Part shown: positions 47,952 through 57,678 of the stretch, piece by piece
Numbering within the stretch: the stretch's first letter is position 1
Layout: each line of letters opens with the position of its first letter
Source of the DNA: Candidatus Multivoradales bacterium
Lineage (GTDB): Bacteria > Acidobacteriota > Thermoanaerobaculia > Multivoradales > JAHEKO01
DNA length: 64,000 nt
Direction of reading: 5' to 3'
NCBI GenBank assembly: GCA_965248055.1
Contig: CBDFIJ010000004.1
Location: 1,088,001-1,152,000 of the forward strand
Notes under the pieces: generated by a model
Told to the model about the DNA's origin: nothing
The model's database searches: none
What the model saw: only the letters and a program-made list of their open reading frames with translations
Position numbers and translations under genes: made by a program

Positions 47952-48476
47952 TTAGGTTTCCGGAATCAACTCAAGAATCGCCACGTAGTCCGACTCTCTG
48001 GCCTCTTTACCAGACTGAGGGTACGGATTCACACTCACCAAACTAATTCGATATCCGAGCGCCAGCGGCGGTTTTTCGCCAGCGGGAACCGGGCTACTCA
48101 AGCTAACGACCTCGGCCTCACTAGTGGATCCTGACACCTCCACTTCCACAGTAACTCTGCCCGCCCAGACACACTGGACCCCGGTTGGGCATCGAGAGTC
48201 GTTGACCGACAGCCAGTGGACTGTCAGATCGTCGACCATGGCCTTCCGATGCAGACCTAGCTGCACTTGCAGTGTCTCATCGCCGCTTTCCGTCCGCGCT
48301 TCGTCTGTGACCTCATCTTTCGACCGAGTTTCCCCAGGACTTGATTCCTCTTGCGAGATTCCAGCGCCAGCGCAGCCACTGACCAGAGCCAGCGTCATCA
48401 CCCCGATAACCAGAAAAAGAGGCGTCCAAGATCGAACCGTTGGGAAGAGGGCGGTCGTCGAAGAAGTAGTGGTCAT
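47952..48476 (-). CDS. Hypothetical lipoprotein
   Basis: Lipobox VSGC; DSRCPTGVQCVWAG. Confidence 0.75.
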   Translation of the reverse strand: MTTTSSTTALFPTVRSWTPLFLVIGVMTLALVSGCAGAGISQEESSPGETRSKDEVTDEARTESGDETLQVQLGLHRKAMVDDLTVHWLSVNDSRCPTGVQCVWAGRVTVEVEVSGSTSEAEVVSLSSPVPAGEKPPLALGYRISLVSVNPYPQSGKEARESDYVAILELIPET

Positions 48477-48676
48477 GATGGAGAGGAGTATAAGCCGACC
48501 CTGAAAGTGCCGACCCTGAAAGTGCCAGCCAAATATTTACCCCAGCTTCCAGCCCGCGGCAGCTCTATGGAACGAATGGTTAACTTTTCATCGGACGCAC
48601 TGCGTGTGAACCCACGGCAAACCGGCCCTGAAAGTGCCAGCCAAATATTTGCCCGATCTCCTTCGGCACCAGCTCC

Positions 48677-49228
48677 TCATTGGGGTCGTGCTCTATCAGC
48701 CTCGATCTCGTCCAACAGGTTGCTCAAGTGAGCAACGATCTCATTCCTGGCCTTCAAATAATCCACACTCAACGCTGACACGTCACTCCAGTCCATCCTC
48801 GACGCCCCCGCACTCTCAGGCACTTCATTCCCAAACGAAACCACGTAGTCAGCGTCGGCGAGGTCATCGGTGCCGAGGGTTTGGGGTTGATAGCTCTCCA
48901 CCCCGAACCCGTCGCCGCTCAGGGCCGCCGCGAGCGGTCCCGGCACACTATCGTTAGGCGTGATTCCACGGGCGATCGCGCGAACGGGTATCCCCCTGTC
49001 TTTTGCCATACGTTCGAAGTGCCGACTAGATACAAGGCTCTTTGCATAGCCGTACTGGCACACGAATACAACGTCTGTCGGTTCCTCGTGTAACGACACT
49101 CCACTTGCCGAAGCGTCGAGCGCCTCACCGTCGGAGTCGGCGGCGATACCCCGATTCTGTCCTTGGCAACCAGCTAGCGCCATAAGCAGAAAGAGTAAGC
49201 CGGAGAGTCGAGCGATCATGATCTTCAT
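48677..49228 (-). CDS. Lipoprotein with LMW-PTP/ArsC-like fold
   Basis: Lipobox LAGC; VVFVCQYGYAKS P-loop-like; ARG; ADYVVSF. Confidence 0.7.
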   Translation of the reverse strand: MKIMIARLSGLLFLLMALAGCQGQNRGIAADSDGEALDASASGVSLHEEPTDVVFVCQYGYAKSLVSSRHFERMAKDRGIPVRAIARGITPNDSVPGPLAAALSGDGFGVESYQPQTLGTDDLADADYVVSFGNEVPESAGASRMDWSDVSALSVDYLKARNEIVAHLSNLLDEIEADRARPQ

Positions 49229-49303
49229 GGCTTGATGATAGCGCCACCTTTAGGCATAGTTGGGCTGGGCTGCACCTTTAGGTTCGGGGTTTAGCGGCTT
49301 CGC

Positions 49304-50338
49304 CTACGAGTTAGTAAAAATGTCCTTGGGCAAGTGCATCGTTACCAGCATGTGCGGGATGTCGACGGTCTCAGCGATCTTAAGGTCACCGGCGAGCGAG
49401 CAAAGCATGTAAGCCTCGCTGCGACTGAGACCGTGGGTCTCGGTTAGATAGTCGATCATGTAGCGGGTCGCCTTGCGCGCAGCCTCATCGATCGTGGTCG
49501 CAAAGCCGGTGGTCGCGTAATAGTCGTCAGTCTCGTATTGCGGCTCAGCAATCGATCGACCGCCCTTAATCACACTGACCCGGTAGACGATCCGCATAGG
49601 GGTTTCAATCGCAGTACCGGAGACCTCACCCATACCTTGGACGCCATGGGTGTCGCCAATTGAGAACAAGGCACCGTCCACGAACACTGGAAAATAGACC
49701 GTCGTGCCAGCAACTAGATGTGGATCATCCATGTTGCCGCCATTGGCGCGCGGTGGAATCGTGTTGAGCATCTCGTCAGTATCGGGCGCTACCCCCATGA
49801 CCCCAGCAAACGGGCGGAGCGGGATGCGAATCTCATCAGTGAACTGCAAAACATTGTTTGCTTTATCGAGTGGGAAAGTCTTGAATACCGATTCGTTAAA
49901 CTCCTCCGCGAGAAAGCCAAAACCGGGAAAGATCCCCATCCATCCCCAGTCGCCGACTTCGAGCTCAAGCAGCTCAACCGCGAGTACGTCGCCTGGCGCA
50001 GCGCCTTCGACATAAACCGGCCCGGTCAGCGTGTGGATCTTGTTTGTGTCGAGCGCCTCCATCGTTTCTACGGTTGATTCAATGTTGAACTGGCTACCAG
50101 TCGCCTCCTGAGTAAAGGCCTCAATCACGCTACCCGAGGGCACGGTAAGGGCGGGACGGATGGTACGGCTGAATTTGTCGTGGGTTTGATCGGCGGTCAA
50201 GACAAAGTCCGGTTCCGGAATCGTTACAGCCGGCGAATTCGCCAACTCCGACGAAGCTGGCGGTGCACTCTCACTACACGCCGTAAAGCCCACCGTACAA
50301 GCGACCAACAGAACGACGGACCGGAATTTCTCTTTCAT
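49304..50338 (-). CDS. Acetamidase/formamidase family protein with lipoprotein signal
   Basis: HTLTGPVYVEGAAPGD, NGGNMD, GDTHGVQGMGEVSGTAIE; FTAC lipobox. Confidence 0.9.
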   Translation of the reverse strand: MKEKFRSVVLLVACTVGFTACSESAPPASSELANSPAVTIPEPDFVLTADQTHDKFSRTIRPALTVPSGSVIEAFTQEATGSQFNIESTVETMEALDTNKIHTLTGPVYVEGAAPGDVLAVELLELEVGDWGWMGIFPGFGFLAEEFNESVFKTFPLDKANNVLQFTDEIRIPLRPFAGVMGVAPDTDEMLNTIPPRANGGNMDDPHLVAGTTVYFPVFVDGALFSIGDTHGVQGMGEVSGTAIETPMRIVYRVSVIKGGRSIAEPQYETDDYYATTGFATTIDEAARKATRYMIDYLTETHGLSRSEAYMLCSLAGDLKIAETVDIPHMLVTMHLPKDIFTNS

Positions 50339-50420
50339 CGATTAGCCCTCTCAAAGAACCACGTGGCACCCACGGTGCCAATTTGATGTACCTGAGTAAG
50401 TTGCACGACAGGACTCGTTC

Positions 50421-51035
50421 TCACGCGAGGTGTTTCCTACCGCGCCTATTTCTATACCTAAACTTTCTCTGATACTCGCGCCGCTGCTTAGTAACTTCAT
50501 ATAGAACGATCCCCGACGTTGTGCCCAAATTCAGGCTTTCGATCATGCCGAGCATCGGTATGTTCACACACAACTCGCTGCGAGCGACCGCAAGGTCACT
50601 AATCCCCCTGGATTCACTGCCAAACCACACCGCTAGCTTGTGATGCTGGGTGTAGTCACCTTCATCCAGCATCACATTTTTGTGGCCTTTTTGATGAGGC
50701 GACGTAACGATAGACACGTACTTGTTCTTCTCCAAGTGCTGGAGACAAGCTTCTGTGCTATCAAACCTTCTTACAAAGCTCCACTTAATCGCGGAAACGG
50801 ATGTCGTCGACAATGATCTACTTTCCCTCATGTCCTGCCAATCATCGGGCAGGGCTCCGTTTGGGTCCACGACATACGCCTTTTCCACACCCAAGGCGTT
50901 TACGTTTCTGATTACCGTGCCGATATTCTTAATGTTATGGGGGTCTTCAATAACAGCAATTAAGTACTTGCATCTATACGGCTTGACCTTGTCCGCACGT
51001 TGGCGCTTGCTACTCTTCTCTGCTGGTTCTTGCAC
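50421..51035 (-). CDS. TrmH/SpoU family RNA methyltransferase
   Basis: NIGTVIR, FGSESRGIS, IPMLGMIESLNL. Confidence 0.92.
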   Translation of the reverse strand: MQEPAEKSSKRQRADKVKPYRCKYLIAVIEDPHNIKNIGTVIRNVNALGVEKAYVVDPNGALPDDWQDMRESRSLSTTSVSAIKWSFVRRFDSTEACLQHLEKNKYVSIVTSPHQKGHKNVMLDEGDYTQHHKLAVWFGSESRGISDLAVARSELCVNIPMLGMIESLNLGTTSGIVLYEVTKQRREYQRKFRYRNRRGRKHLA

Positions 51036-51142
51036 TGGTTTCTCTCCGTCGTTCTAATCCTGTCTAGCTCACGGTACCCCGCCCTGGCAAATGGGGAACG
51101 GCAGTGCCAACAACATTCGCCTGGTACCTCTAGCGGAAAACA

Positions 51143-51316
51143 GAATTTGTCGTGGGTTTGATCGGCATGAAGAACGAAATCGACCTCGGGGCCTGCTACA
51201 GCCAAAGGAGGTGAAGTGGACTGCTCTGAGGAATCAGTCGGCGCGCCCATCTGACACGCAACAAAACCTAGAGTGCAACCGACCGACAGGAGTGAGAGCA
51301 CGAGTTTTTTCTTCAT
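51143..51316 (-). pseudogene. 5' fragment of a second acetamidase paralogue
   Basis: Lipobox FVAC then DFVLHADQTHDKF, matching DFVLTADQTHDKF of 49304-50338. Confidence 0.7.
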
Positions 51317-51546
51317 TAATTTACCTTGGTCCAGCAATTGTTCAATCTTAGTAACACCAAGAAATAGTACTCCACACGAGCACTGTCCAGGCTAGCGACG
51401 CACCGTCTCTCTTCAAAAAGAGTGCGGCACCTACTTCCCTTCTACATCTCTGGCACGCGCAATCCCAGTTAATCGCATCGCGCCCTACCTTGGGGCAGCT
51501 ACCGCCTCTCTGCTATTAGCCAAGTCTTATTGGATCCGGCCCGCTG

Positions 51547-52139
51547 CTAGGCGTCAGAAGGGTACTTTAAGCACCACGAGCGATACAGCTCACGCAAAAG
51601 GGACGGGTACACAACCCACCGACGAAACGGTTCGATCAGAAACATGTAGAAAGCGGTGAGCCGCCCAACCGGTTTCACGTAGATGGCCCACAACAACCGA
51701 AACCCGTCTTTACGTCGAATTAATACCCATACGAGCGCGGCGTGCACTGTCGAGTTACGGATCTCACTCATCGCTTCATTGGGATGAACATATAACACGG
51801 TGAACGGTCCGTCCTTCGAACCGGTGGCCACTGTGGAATGGGCGCGATCCGCTTCCGTGATGCGAAGTTGAAACAACCCCTCCTCGCCTACAGGCTCCCG
51901 CTCCCATCCGAATAGCCGACCCAACAACCATCGAATCTCGAACAACAGTCGGACCAAACCGGGCGGCCGGATCGCCAAGACCAGAGAACGGATGTTGGCA
52001 ATCGTGCGCCCGTCACCGCCACCCGGCAAGTCCAGCTGCCACACGTCATGGAGTGGCACACCGTCGAGAACGGTATGGGCACGCAAGTCTTGACTGAGGT
52101 ACTCCGATGCGTCGGTAAGAGCCCATGGAGGCATGGCAT
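51547..52139 (-). CDS. DUF2867-like hypothetical protein, cassette-like
   Basis: LHDVW, GPFTVLY, EIRNSTVH, YMFLIEPFRRWVVYP; GTTAGGC core and AAGGA RBS just upstream. Confidence 0.7.
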
Positions 52140-52246
52140 TGATCCTTAGTTGCTACCGCCTAACGTCTCGCGATTTCTGCCGTGCCGCCACTCTGCAGGT
52201 TGGGCCTGCCCTCAAAAGAGGCACCCGAACGTGATCAGAGCTCCCT

Positions 52247-52900
52247 AAAAGTGCCAGCCGAATATTAGCAAGAACGCAGCAACGATTCTCGTCCCTCTCA
52301 CCATGAGCAGGAGACTTCGATTCATACCGCCCGGAGGCGCCTTGGTGGAGGTCACATGCCGTACCATCCAAGGTCGCTTTCTTCTCAAGCCCTCACCCCT
52401 AGCCAACGACATCATTCGAGGTGTCCTAGGGCGAGCACAGAGGAAGTATCCGGTGGAAATCCACGCGTTTGTCTTTATGTCCAATCACTACCACCTGTTG
52501 ATCTCGGTAGCTGATTCCGAGATATAACCGAAAGTTGTGTATGAGAGTTTGAAGGCGGCGTATCCTGAGCCCGGTTTTCAAAGCTGGGTTCAATCATCCC
52601 AAAAGGAGGATACGCCGTTGAGCAAGAGTAACGTAGTTTCAATCGCCGCCAAGGCCATTTGTTCCCGTATTGCAACGGCTCCGTCCAGATTGACTTTCCA
52701 CTTCCATCCCAGAAATGAAACATAGCCGCGCCCCAACATCGGAAAACAAGAAAAATCCAGCAGAAAGAACGCGACCTAACCCCACTTGGCCTGCGATTCA
52801 ACCTGGAGAACGACGCGATCTCGCTCAAAAACACCAAACGAAAGTGTTGACATAGATCAAACGACGTCACGCACCATCCCCTCGAAACAAGGGTGGCACT
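52247..52900 (+). mobile_element. Internally deleted copy of the Y1/RAYT-like element
   Basis: 52247-52518 matches the 5' part and 52646-52900 the 3' part of 54299-55473. Confidence 0.85.
52519..52645 (+). mobile_element. IS256 left-end fragment nested in the deleted Y1 element
   Basis: Near-identical to the first ~125 bp of the IS256 at 18868. Confidence 0.9.
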
Positions 52901-53027
52901 GGAATTGACGAGTTGACGAGTTGACAGTTGACGGCCCGCACCGTCTCCTCAAAAAGAGGGTGGTACCTATGTCCGCACCCATGTCCCCTATGCCCGAATT
53001 GCGCCAACGTCGCCGACCTACCGCCTC

Positions 53028-53303
53028 TTAATCTTTGGCCATGAAGATCCCGGCCAATCCACCAATCCCTGCTCCGAGAGCGCCCCAGAGTGCGTCGGCA
53101 ACTTCCTTATCGAAGACAGGAAGCAAGACCGCCCCAATTGCCAACAACAGAGTCACCGCTCCAAGAAAAAGGATAGCGGTGTTGTAAGTCTTGGATGGCA
53201 ACTTATCAACGATCGCCTGGCTGGCAGCGTCCAGTTGCGCATCTGGAACACCATGGTCTTTCAATGTACTTCTAACTGTGCTGATATTCATACGAATCTC
53301 CAT
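53028..53303 (-). CDS. Small 2-TM hypothetical protein
   Basis: Two hydrophobic helices ending ALGAGIGGLAGIF. Confidence 0.65.
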   Translation of the reverse strand: MEIRMNISTVRSTLKDHGVPDAQLDAASQAIVDKLPSKTYNTAILFLGAVTLLLAIGAVLLPVFDKEVADALWGALGAGIGGLAGIFMAKD

Positions 53304-53725
53304 TTGTTGCGTTTAGAGGTTGGAAGAATTCGGGACTCTTGGTAATGCAATCCTGGATGTACCGCTTCTCCTCGCTGCGAGACAGTCGAGCGCTGTGCGG
53401 CGCATCGCCTCGTTGAGGGCTTGCGCGCCATCTCGACGCTACTCACGCCAACCACCACACCTCACAATTCAGTCGTCCAACCGCTAACAAAAAAGAACAC
53501 AGCGATTGTACACCGACAAGTGTGCGGAGCGAGCTAAAAGTGCCAGCCAAATATTTGGCTCCTTAAGCGCTTCAATCCTCGCGTCTAGCCCCTTGATACC
53601 TGAAGCGCTATTGACCTCGACGCCGAACATGGAAGGACCTACCAAGACGAGCGTCACTATTGATAATCGAATAGCGCTTTTTGACGGCATTGTCCTTCCT
53701 TTTGTCAACATAGCGGAGTTTGAGC

Positions 53726-54190
53726 TCACCGGCGACACCCGAAACACCAAAGGCCCTTGGCTGCACCAACCAGAATACACCTTGCGGAAGGTTGCCGGCC
53801 CCCCAGCAGTTGAGTAGCGATGAAGGCCGCCAACGCGAAGAGTGGGGGAGCGGTTACGACACCTGGGAAATAGCTTCCTCGAAGAACAGCCATGGTGGGA
53901 TGAACGATTCCGTTTCCGAGTTCGATCAACACCCACGGCCACATCCAATTCGACGCTGATGGATGACCTGGTCGTACGCGGGCCAGATAGCACCAAGCTC
54001 CGAGGGCAATAAGAACACCGTTGAGAATCGCGAAACCCAACGCAAGGTCAGTGCTGACGAGGCCGCTCGCGAAGCGTGCAGGCGCGAACACTTCGTAGAG
54101 CTTGAAAACGTACTCCTCGATCGAATGAGCGCCCTGCGTGAGGACCAGAGCGAGGAAAGCGTTTCTAGTGCGCAGATCGATCGGACTCAC
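53726..54190 (-). CDS. HXXEE-domain membrane protein, probable first integron cassette
   Basis: HSIEE, NGIVH, YFPGVVTAP; GTG start 6 bp after GTTAGGC. Confidence 0.8.
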   Translation of the reverse strand: MSPIDLRTRNAFLALVLTQGAHSIEEYVFKLYEVFAPARFASGLVSTDLALGFAILNGVLIALGAWCYLARVRPGHPSASNWMWPWVLIELGNGIVHPTMAVLRGSYFPGVVTAPPLFALAAFIATQLLGGRQPSARCILVGAAKGLWCFGCRR

Positions 54191-54196
54191 GCAACC

Positions 54197-54260
54197 GCCT
54201 AACATCCAATGGACAGAAACATTGTTGTACAACACACCGATGAGCGTACTACGTTAATAA
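54197..54260 (-). other. Candidate integron attI site
   Basis: AT-rich run ending TGTCCATTGGAT-GTTAGGC (GTTRRRY core) with no attC-like dyad; lies between cassette and intI remnant. Confidence 0.45.
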
Positions 54261-54298
54261 CAACGAGCGATCCTGGTGAACTTGCACGGATGGTCTCT

Positions 54299-55473
54299 AG
54301 AAAGTGCCAGCCAAATATTTGCAAGGACACAGCAACGATTCTCGTCCCTCTCACCATGAGCAGACGACTTCGATTCATCCCGCCCGGAGGCGCCTTGGTG
54401 GAGGTCACATGCCGTACCATCCAAGGTCGCTTTCTCCTCAAGCCTTCGCCCCTGGCCAACGACATCATTCGAGGTGTCCTAGGGCGAGCACAAAGGAAGT
54501 ATCCGGTGGAAATCCACGCGTTTGCCTTCATGTCCAATCACTACCACCTGTTGATCTCGGTGGCTGACTCCGAGCAAATGGCCAAGTTCATGAACCATCT
54601 CAACGGAAACTTGGCCCGCGAACTCGGCAGACTGCACAATTGGACGGACAAATTTTGGTCTAGGAGATACCAAGCCATCGTCATCAGTGAAGAACAAGCA
54701 GCGCAAGAAGAGCGAATGAAATACATACTCAGCCAGGGCGTCAAAGAAAGGCTGGTTGCCCATCCAGTTGATTGGCCTGGAGTTCAGAGCGTAGAGACGT
54801 TGCTGCGCCGCAAGTCGACCGTCGAAGGCCACTGGAGAGACAGGACCCGAGAGTTTCATGCTCGCGGGTTGGACAGTGGCTTGGTCTTTCGTACCAGGGA
54901 ACGAGTCTTCCTAACTCCCCTTCCCTGCTGGGCCGATCGCAATCCAAAGTGGATTGCTCAACGAATACAGGAGCTGATCCAGATTGTGCAACAGGACAAT
55001 CCGTTCATAGAGCGTTCAGAGATTCCCGACCTGGACCCTACATACCGACCGAGCAAGCTCAAGCGCCGACCAGCACCCATGTTTCACTGCGCCAGCAAGG
55101 CGATGCGCAGGATCCTCTATGAAGCCTACTCGTGGTTCGTCCTGGCATATCGTGAAGCCTGCGCTCGGTTGAAAGCTGGCAACCTCACCGCCGCCTTCCC
55201 TCCTGGGTCCTTCCCACCACCCAGGCCATTTGTGCCCGTATAGCAACGGCTCCGTCCAGATTGGCTTTCCACTTCCATCCCGGAAGTGAAACATAGCCGC
55301 GCCCCAACATCGAAAAACAAGAAAAATCCAGCAGAAAGAACGCGACCTACCCCACTTGGCCTGCGATTCAACCTAGAGAACGACGCGATCTCGCTCAAAA
55401 ACACCAAACGAAAGTGTTGACACACATCAAACGACGTCATGCACCGTCCCCTCGAAACAAGGGTGGTACCTAG
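54299..55473 (+). mobile_element. HUH Y1 (RAYT/IS200-like) element
   Basis: Left motif AAAGTGCCAGCCAAATATTT, right hairpin GCACCGTCCCCTCGAAACAAGGGTGGTACCT, both shared with the copy at 52247. Confidence 0.75.
54356..55243 (+). CDS. Y1 tyrosine transposase (RAYT-like)
   Basis: [23 protein letters not shown] (HUH), FWSRRY, YILSQGV..LV..P.DWPG. Confidence 0.9.
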   Translation: MSRRLRFIPPGGALVEVTCRTIQGRFLLKPSPLANDIIRGVLGRAQRKYPVEIHAFAFMSNHYHLLISVADSEQMAKFMNHLNGNLARELGRLHNWTDKFWSRRYQAIVISEEQAAQEERMKYILSQGVKERLVAHPVDWPGVQSVETLLRRKSTVEGHWRDRTREFHARGLDSGLVFRTRERVFLTPLPCWADRNPKWIAQRIQELIQIVQQDNPFIERSEIPDLDPTYRPSKLKRRPAPMFHCASKAMRRILYEAYSWFVLAYREACARLKAGNLTAAFPPGSFPPPRPFVPV

Positions 55474-55474
55474 C

Positions 55475-55576
55475 GGCGCCCGTGCCCGTATAGCCCGGTT
55501 ACGCCACATGAGTCCGCGCACCGAGGACTCGTACTTGGGTTGGGTCAAGAGATAAATCAGGTTTCATGATCTGAAG
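55475..55576 (+). pseudogene. intI: Integron integrase N-terminal (SAM-like) remnant
   Basis: IARLRHMSPRTEDSYLGWVKR*IRFHDLK resembles IntI IR..HYS.RTE..Y..W...FI.FH; TAA at 55553. Confidence 0.7.
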
Positions 55577-55612
55577 TTCAAAAAAAAGAAAAAAGAGGGT
55601 GGTACCTATGTC

Positions 55613-55785
55613 CTCGTCCATCAAACTTCGGATCCGCCGCAACGGATGAGACCGAGGAATTCGCCGTTCCAGGTCAACGTAGCTGAACATTGATCCCTCA
55701 CCTTGATCCGATCCACGCATCAAAACCTCCTATTCCCAATTATAGAATCGTTATGGTCAGGTGGTGGGGTTTTTCAGCAAGCTCT
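55613..55785 (-). mobile_element. Left-end fragment of an IS5/IS1182-like element
   Basis: End AGAGCTTGCTGAAAAA; AGGAGG RBS; MRGSDQGEGSMFSYVDLERRIPRSHPLRRIR, cut at a hairpin repeat. Confidence 0.75.
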
Positions 55786-56080
55786 TAGAGGTTGGATTTA
55801 CGATCTTACCGATCATTTCGAAGTACGAGAAGACAATCGCGATGAGCCCATAGGCAGCATGACACCAAATGTCTTGCTTCCCCTCCCGATCATCCTCCAT
55901 CTCCTTTAGCACCTGCACGGCAACACCAAGCTGCCAGACTTCCACTCTACATTCGAAGATTTCGATCTTGTCCGTGAGAGTCCACGGCTTCTGCTTTTGT
56001 TGAATGAACTGCATTGGTGGCAAGAACACATCCCCGGAGTTGAAGTCCAGGAACTTACTGCTACGGAACACCCCGTTCAT
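55786..56080 (-). pseudogene. Hypothetical gene truncated by the IS fragment
   Basis: AAGGAG upstream; KIEIFECRVEVWQL...YFEMIGK; C-terminus runs into the IS end. Confidence 0.55.
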
Positions 56081-56182
56081 ACGTTACCCACTACGAATCT
56101 CCTTTCTCCTTGATAAAGGCCTGACTGACCACGCCAGCGAACATCTCTCCTCGAAAAAGAGGGTTCTATGAGTCGGGCGGTC

Positions 56183-56441
56183 CAGTCAAGGGTTTTCTTT
56201 CCATCGATCATGCGTTCTTTAGATTCGGATCTAACCTCAGGACGAGCTTCTATTCGCACTCTCTTGGGTCCGTCTTTGGACCGGTGCATGGTGAGTTTTC
56301 CGTCTGTTGAGGAAATTCGATGCTCCCATCTGGCACGCGGAGTCCCAGCCTCCAACCCATTTATCGGAGTCATCGAAACTTTTCATCCGTCCTTTGAAAC
56401 TCATGACTGATTTCTCTTGCTTTCTTACTTCGAATCCTCGC
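56183..56441 (-). ncRNA. Candidate bridge/seek RNA region of the IS1111 element
   Basis: Long 3' non-coding region carrying GTGCCA (target-left match) and ATAGAAG (circle-junction match). Confidence 0.65.
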
Positions 56442-57455
56442 TTATGTGGCTTGTGGAAACGGCTGGAAATTCTCGTTTGTGACCCACAACCTATGCAGTA
56501 GGACTCCGATCTTTCTAGCCAGCGCTACCACTGCTTTGCTCTTACCTAGCCTTGCCACCAAACCCTCACCCCAGCGCTTGAGCGCTGAGTCCTTGTGACA
56601 CTGTAAAGATGCATGCGCAGCCTGGACCAGGAGTCGGCGCATCTCGCTATCCCCCTCCCGAGTGATCCGGCCACGGATCTCATGCCCTCCTGAGCTGCGA
56701 AGCGAGGGCCTCAAGCCCAGGCATGCTCCAACATCTCGACTCTTTTGAAACCGATCTGGATTGTCTACCCAGCCGGCAAAAGCCAAGCTCACCAGAGGCC
56801 CTACCCCGGGCACTGTCTGCAGACGAACGAGAAGCTCATCGGTACTTGCTTGAGCTTTCAGGTCATTCTCTAGCTCACAGATCCGATCCGACAGCTCACC
56901 GATCGTCGATACCAAGGGAGCCAGGGCCTCTGATACTCCCGAATCGAATCCCATCGATTCGTAACGCACCATGAAAATCTTGGCCGCACACGAAGGCATC
57001 CGGTAGCCCTGAGCACGCAGAGTCCCACGTACCGCGTTGATCAACGAAGTCCGAGACTTAACCAGAGCCGATCGCACCCGTAAACGAGTGCGAAGCTCCT
57101 GGGCCTCAGGGCTTCGCTGATACACCGGACGCAGAAACCCCAGGTCTAATCGGCTCAGCCGAGCTAAAACCTCGGCATCAATGCCGTCGGTCTTTAGTGT
57201 CGATTCGGCAATCAAACGCACTCGCCGGGGATTGACTACCGTTACCGCATGACCTAGATCACACAGCAACCGATATACCCACGGCGTCACCGGACCGCTC
57301 TCCAGCGTCACTTGTGCACGCTCACGAGAACCGAAGAACCCACGGATCGACGTCTCCGTCGTCGAAATCCGACGACGAACCGTCACCTCACCCTCCTGAG
57401 ATATCCCACATACCTCGCTGTACTTTGAGTGAACGTCAATGCCAAGATACTCCAT
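56442..57455 (-). CDS. IS110-family DEDD recombinase/transposase
   Basis: LGIDVH, LESG, KTDGIDA (DEDD); VPGVGP; LGLRPSLRSSG catalytic Ser region; ALARK. Confidence 0.96.
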   Translation of the reverse strand: MEYLGIDVHSKYSEVCGISQEGEVTVRRRISTTETSIRGFFGSRERAQVTLESGPVTPWVYRLLCDLGHAVTVVNPRRVRLIAESTLKTDGIDAEVLARLSRLDLGFLRPVYQRSPEAQELRTRLRVRSALVKSRTSLINAVRGTLRAQGYRMPSCAAKIFMVRYESMGFDSGVSEALAPLVSTIGELSDRICELENDLKAQASTDELLVRLQTVPGVGPLVSLAFAGWVDNPDRFQKSRDVGACLGLRPSLRSSGGHEIRGRITREGDSEMRRLLVQAAHASLQCHKDSALKRWGEGLVARLGKSKAVVALARKIGVLLHRLWVTNENFQPFPQAT

Positions 57456-57678
57456 GGTCGGTCTCCTTTCTCGGCTAGATGCCGATTTCTTTGGTTGATC
57501 CAAACTGGCACATTGTCCCAGCTTGGAGACCGACCGACTCATCTCATCTGGCACCTCTGTCTGCGTCAATATGGGGCACGATACTGCCTGGGGTACCGAG
57601 GACTGATAACTCGACTGCCTAGATCCTGATGAGTGGCTGGAGCGTTATCGACTCCTACTTAATGAGACCCAAAAACTA

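Larger units (their letters stand above)
56165..57549 (-). mobile_element. IS110-family, IS1111-group element inserted in a REP-like hairpin repeat
   Basis: Subterminal IRs ATGAGTCGG(T/G)CGGTC at 57528-57542 and 56168-56182, 7 and 3 bp from the ends; removal restores AAAAAGAGGGTGGCACCT. Confidence 0.88.

Noticed and set aside
52158-52205. Complete attC site GCCTAAC...GTTGGGC
   Set aside because: Only 48 bp and inner L boxes are not complementary; treated as a remnant at most.
55553-55555. Recoded stop in the intI remnant
   Set aside because: It is TAA in a fragment truncated on both sides, so ordinary decay.
56077-56373. 98-aa ORF downstream of the IS110 transposase
   Set aside because: Spans the IS right end and its non-coding RNA region; no protein features.
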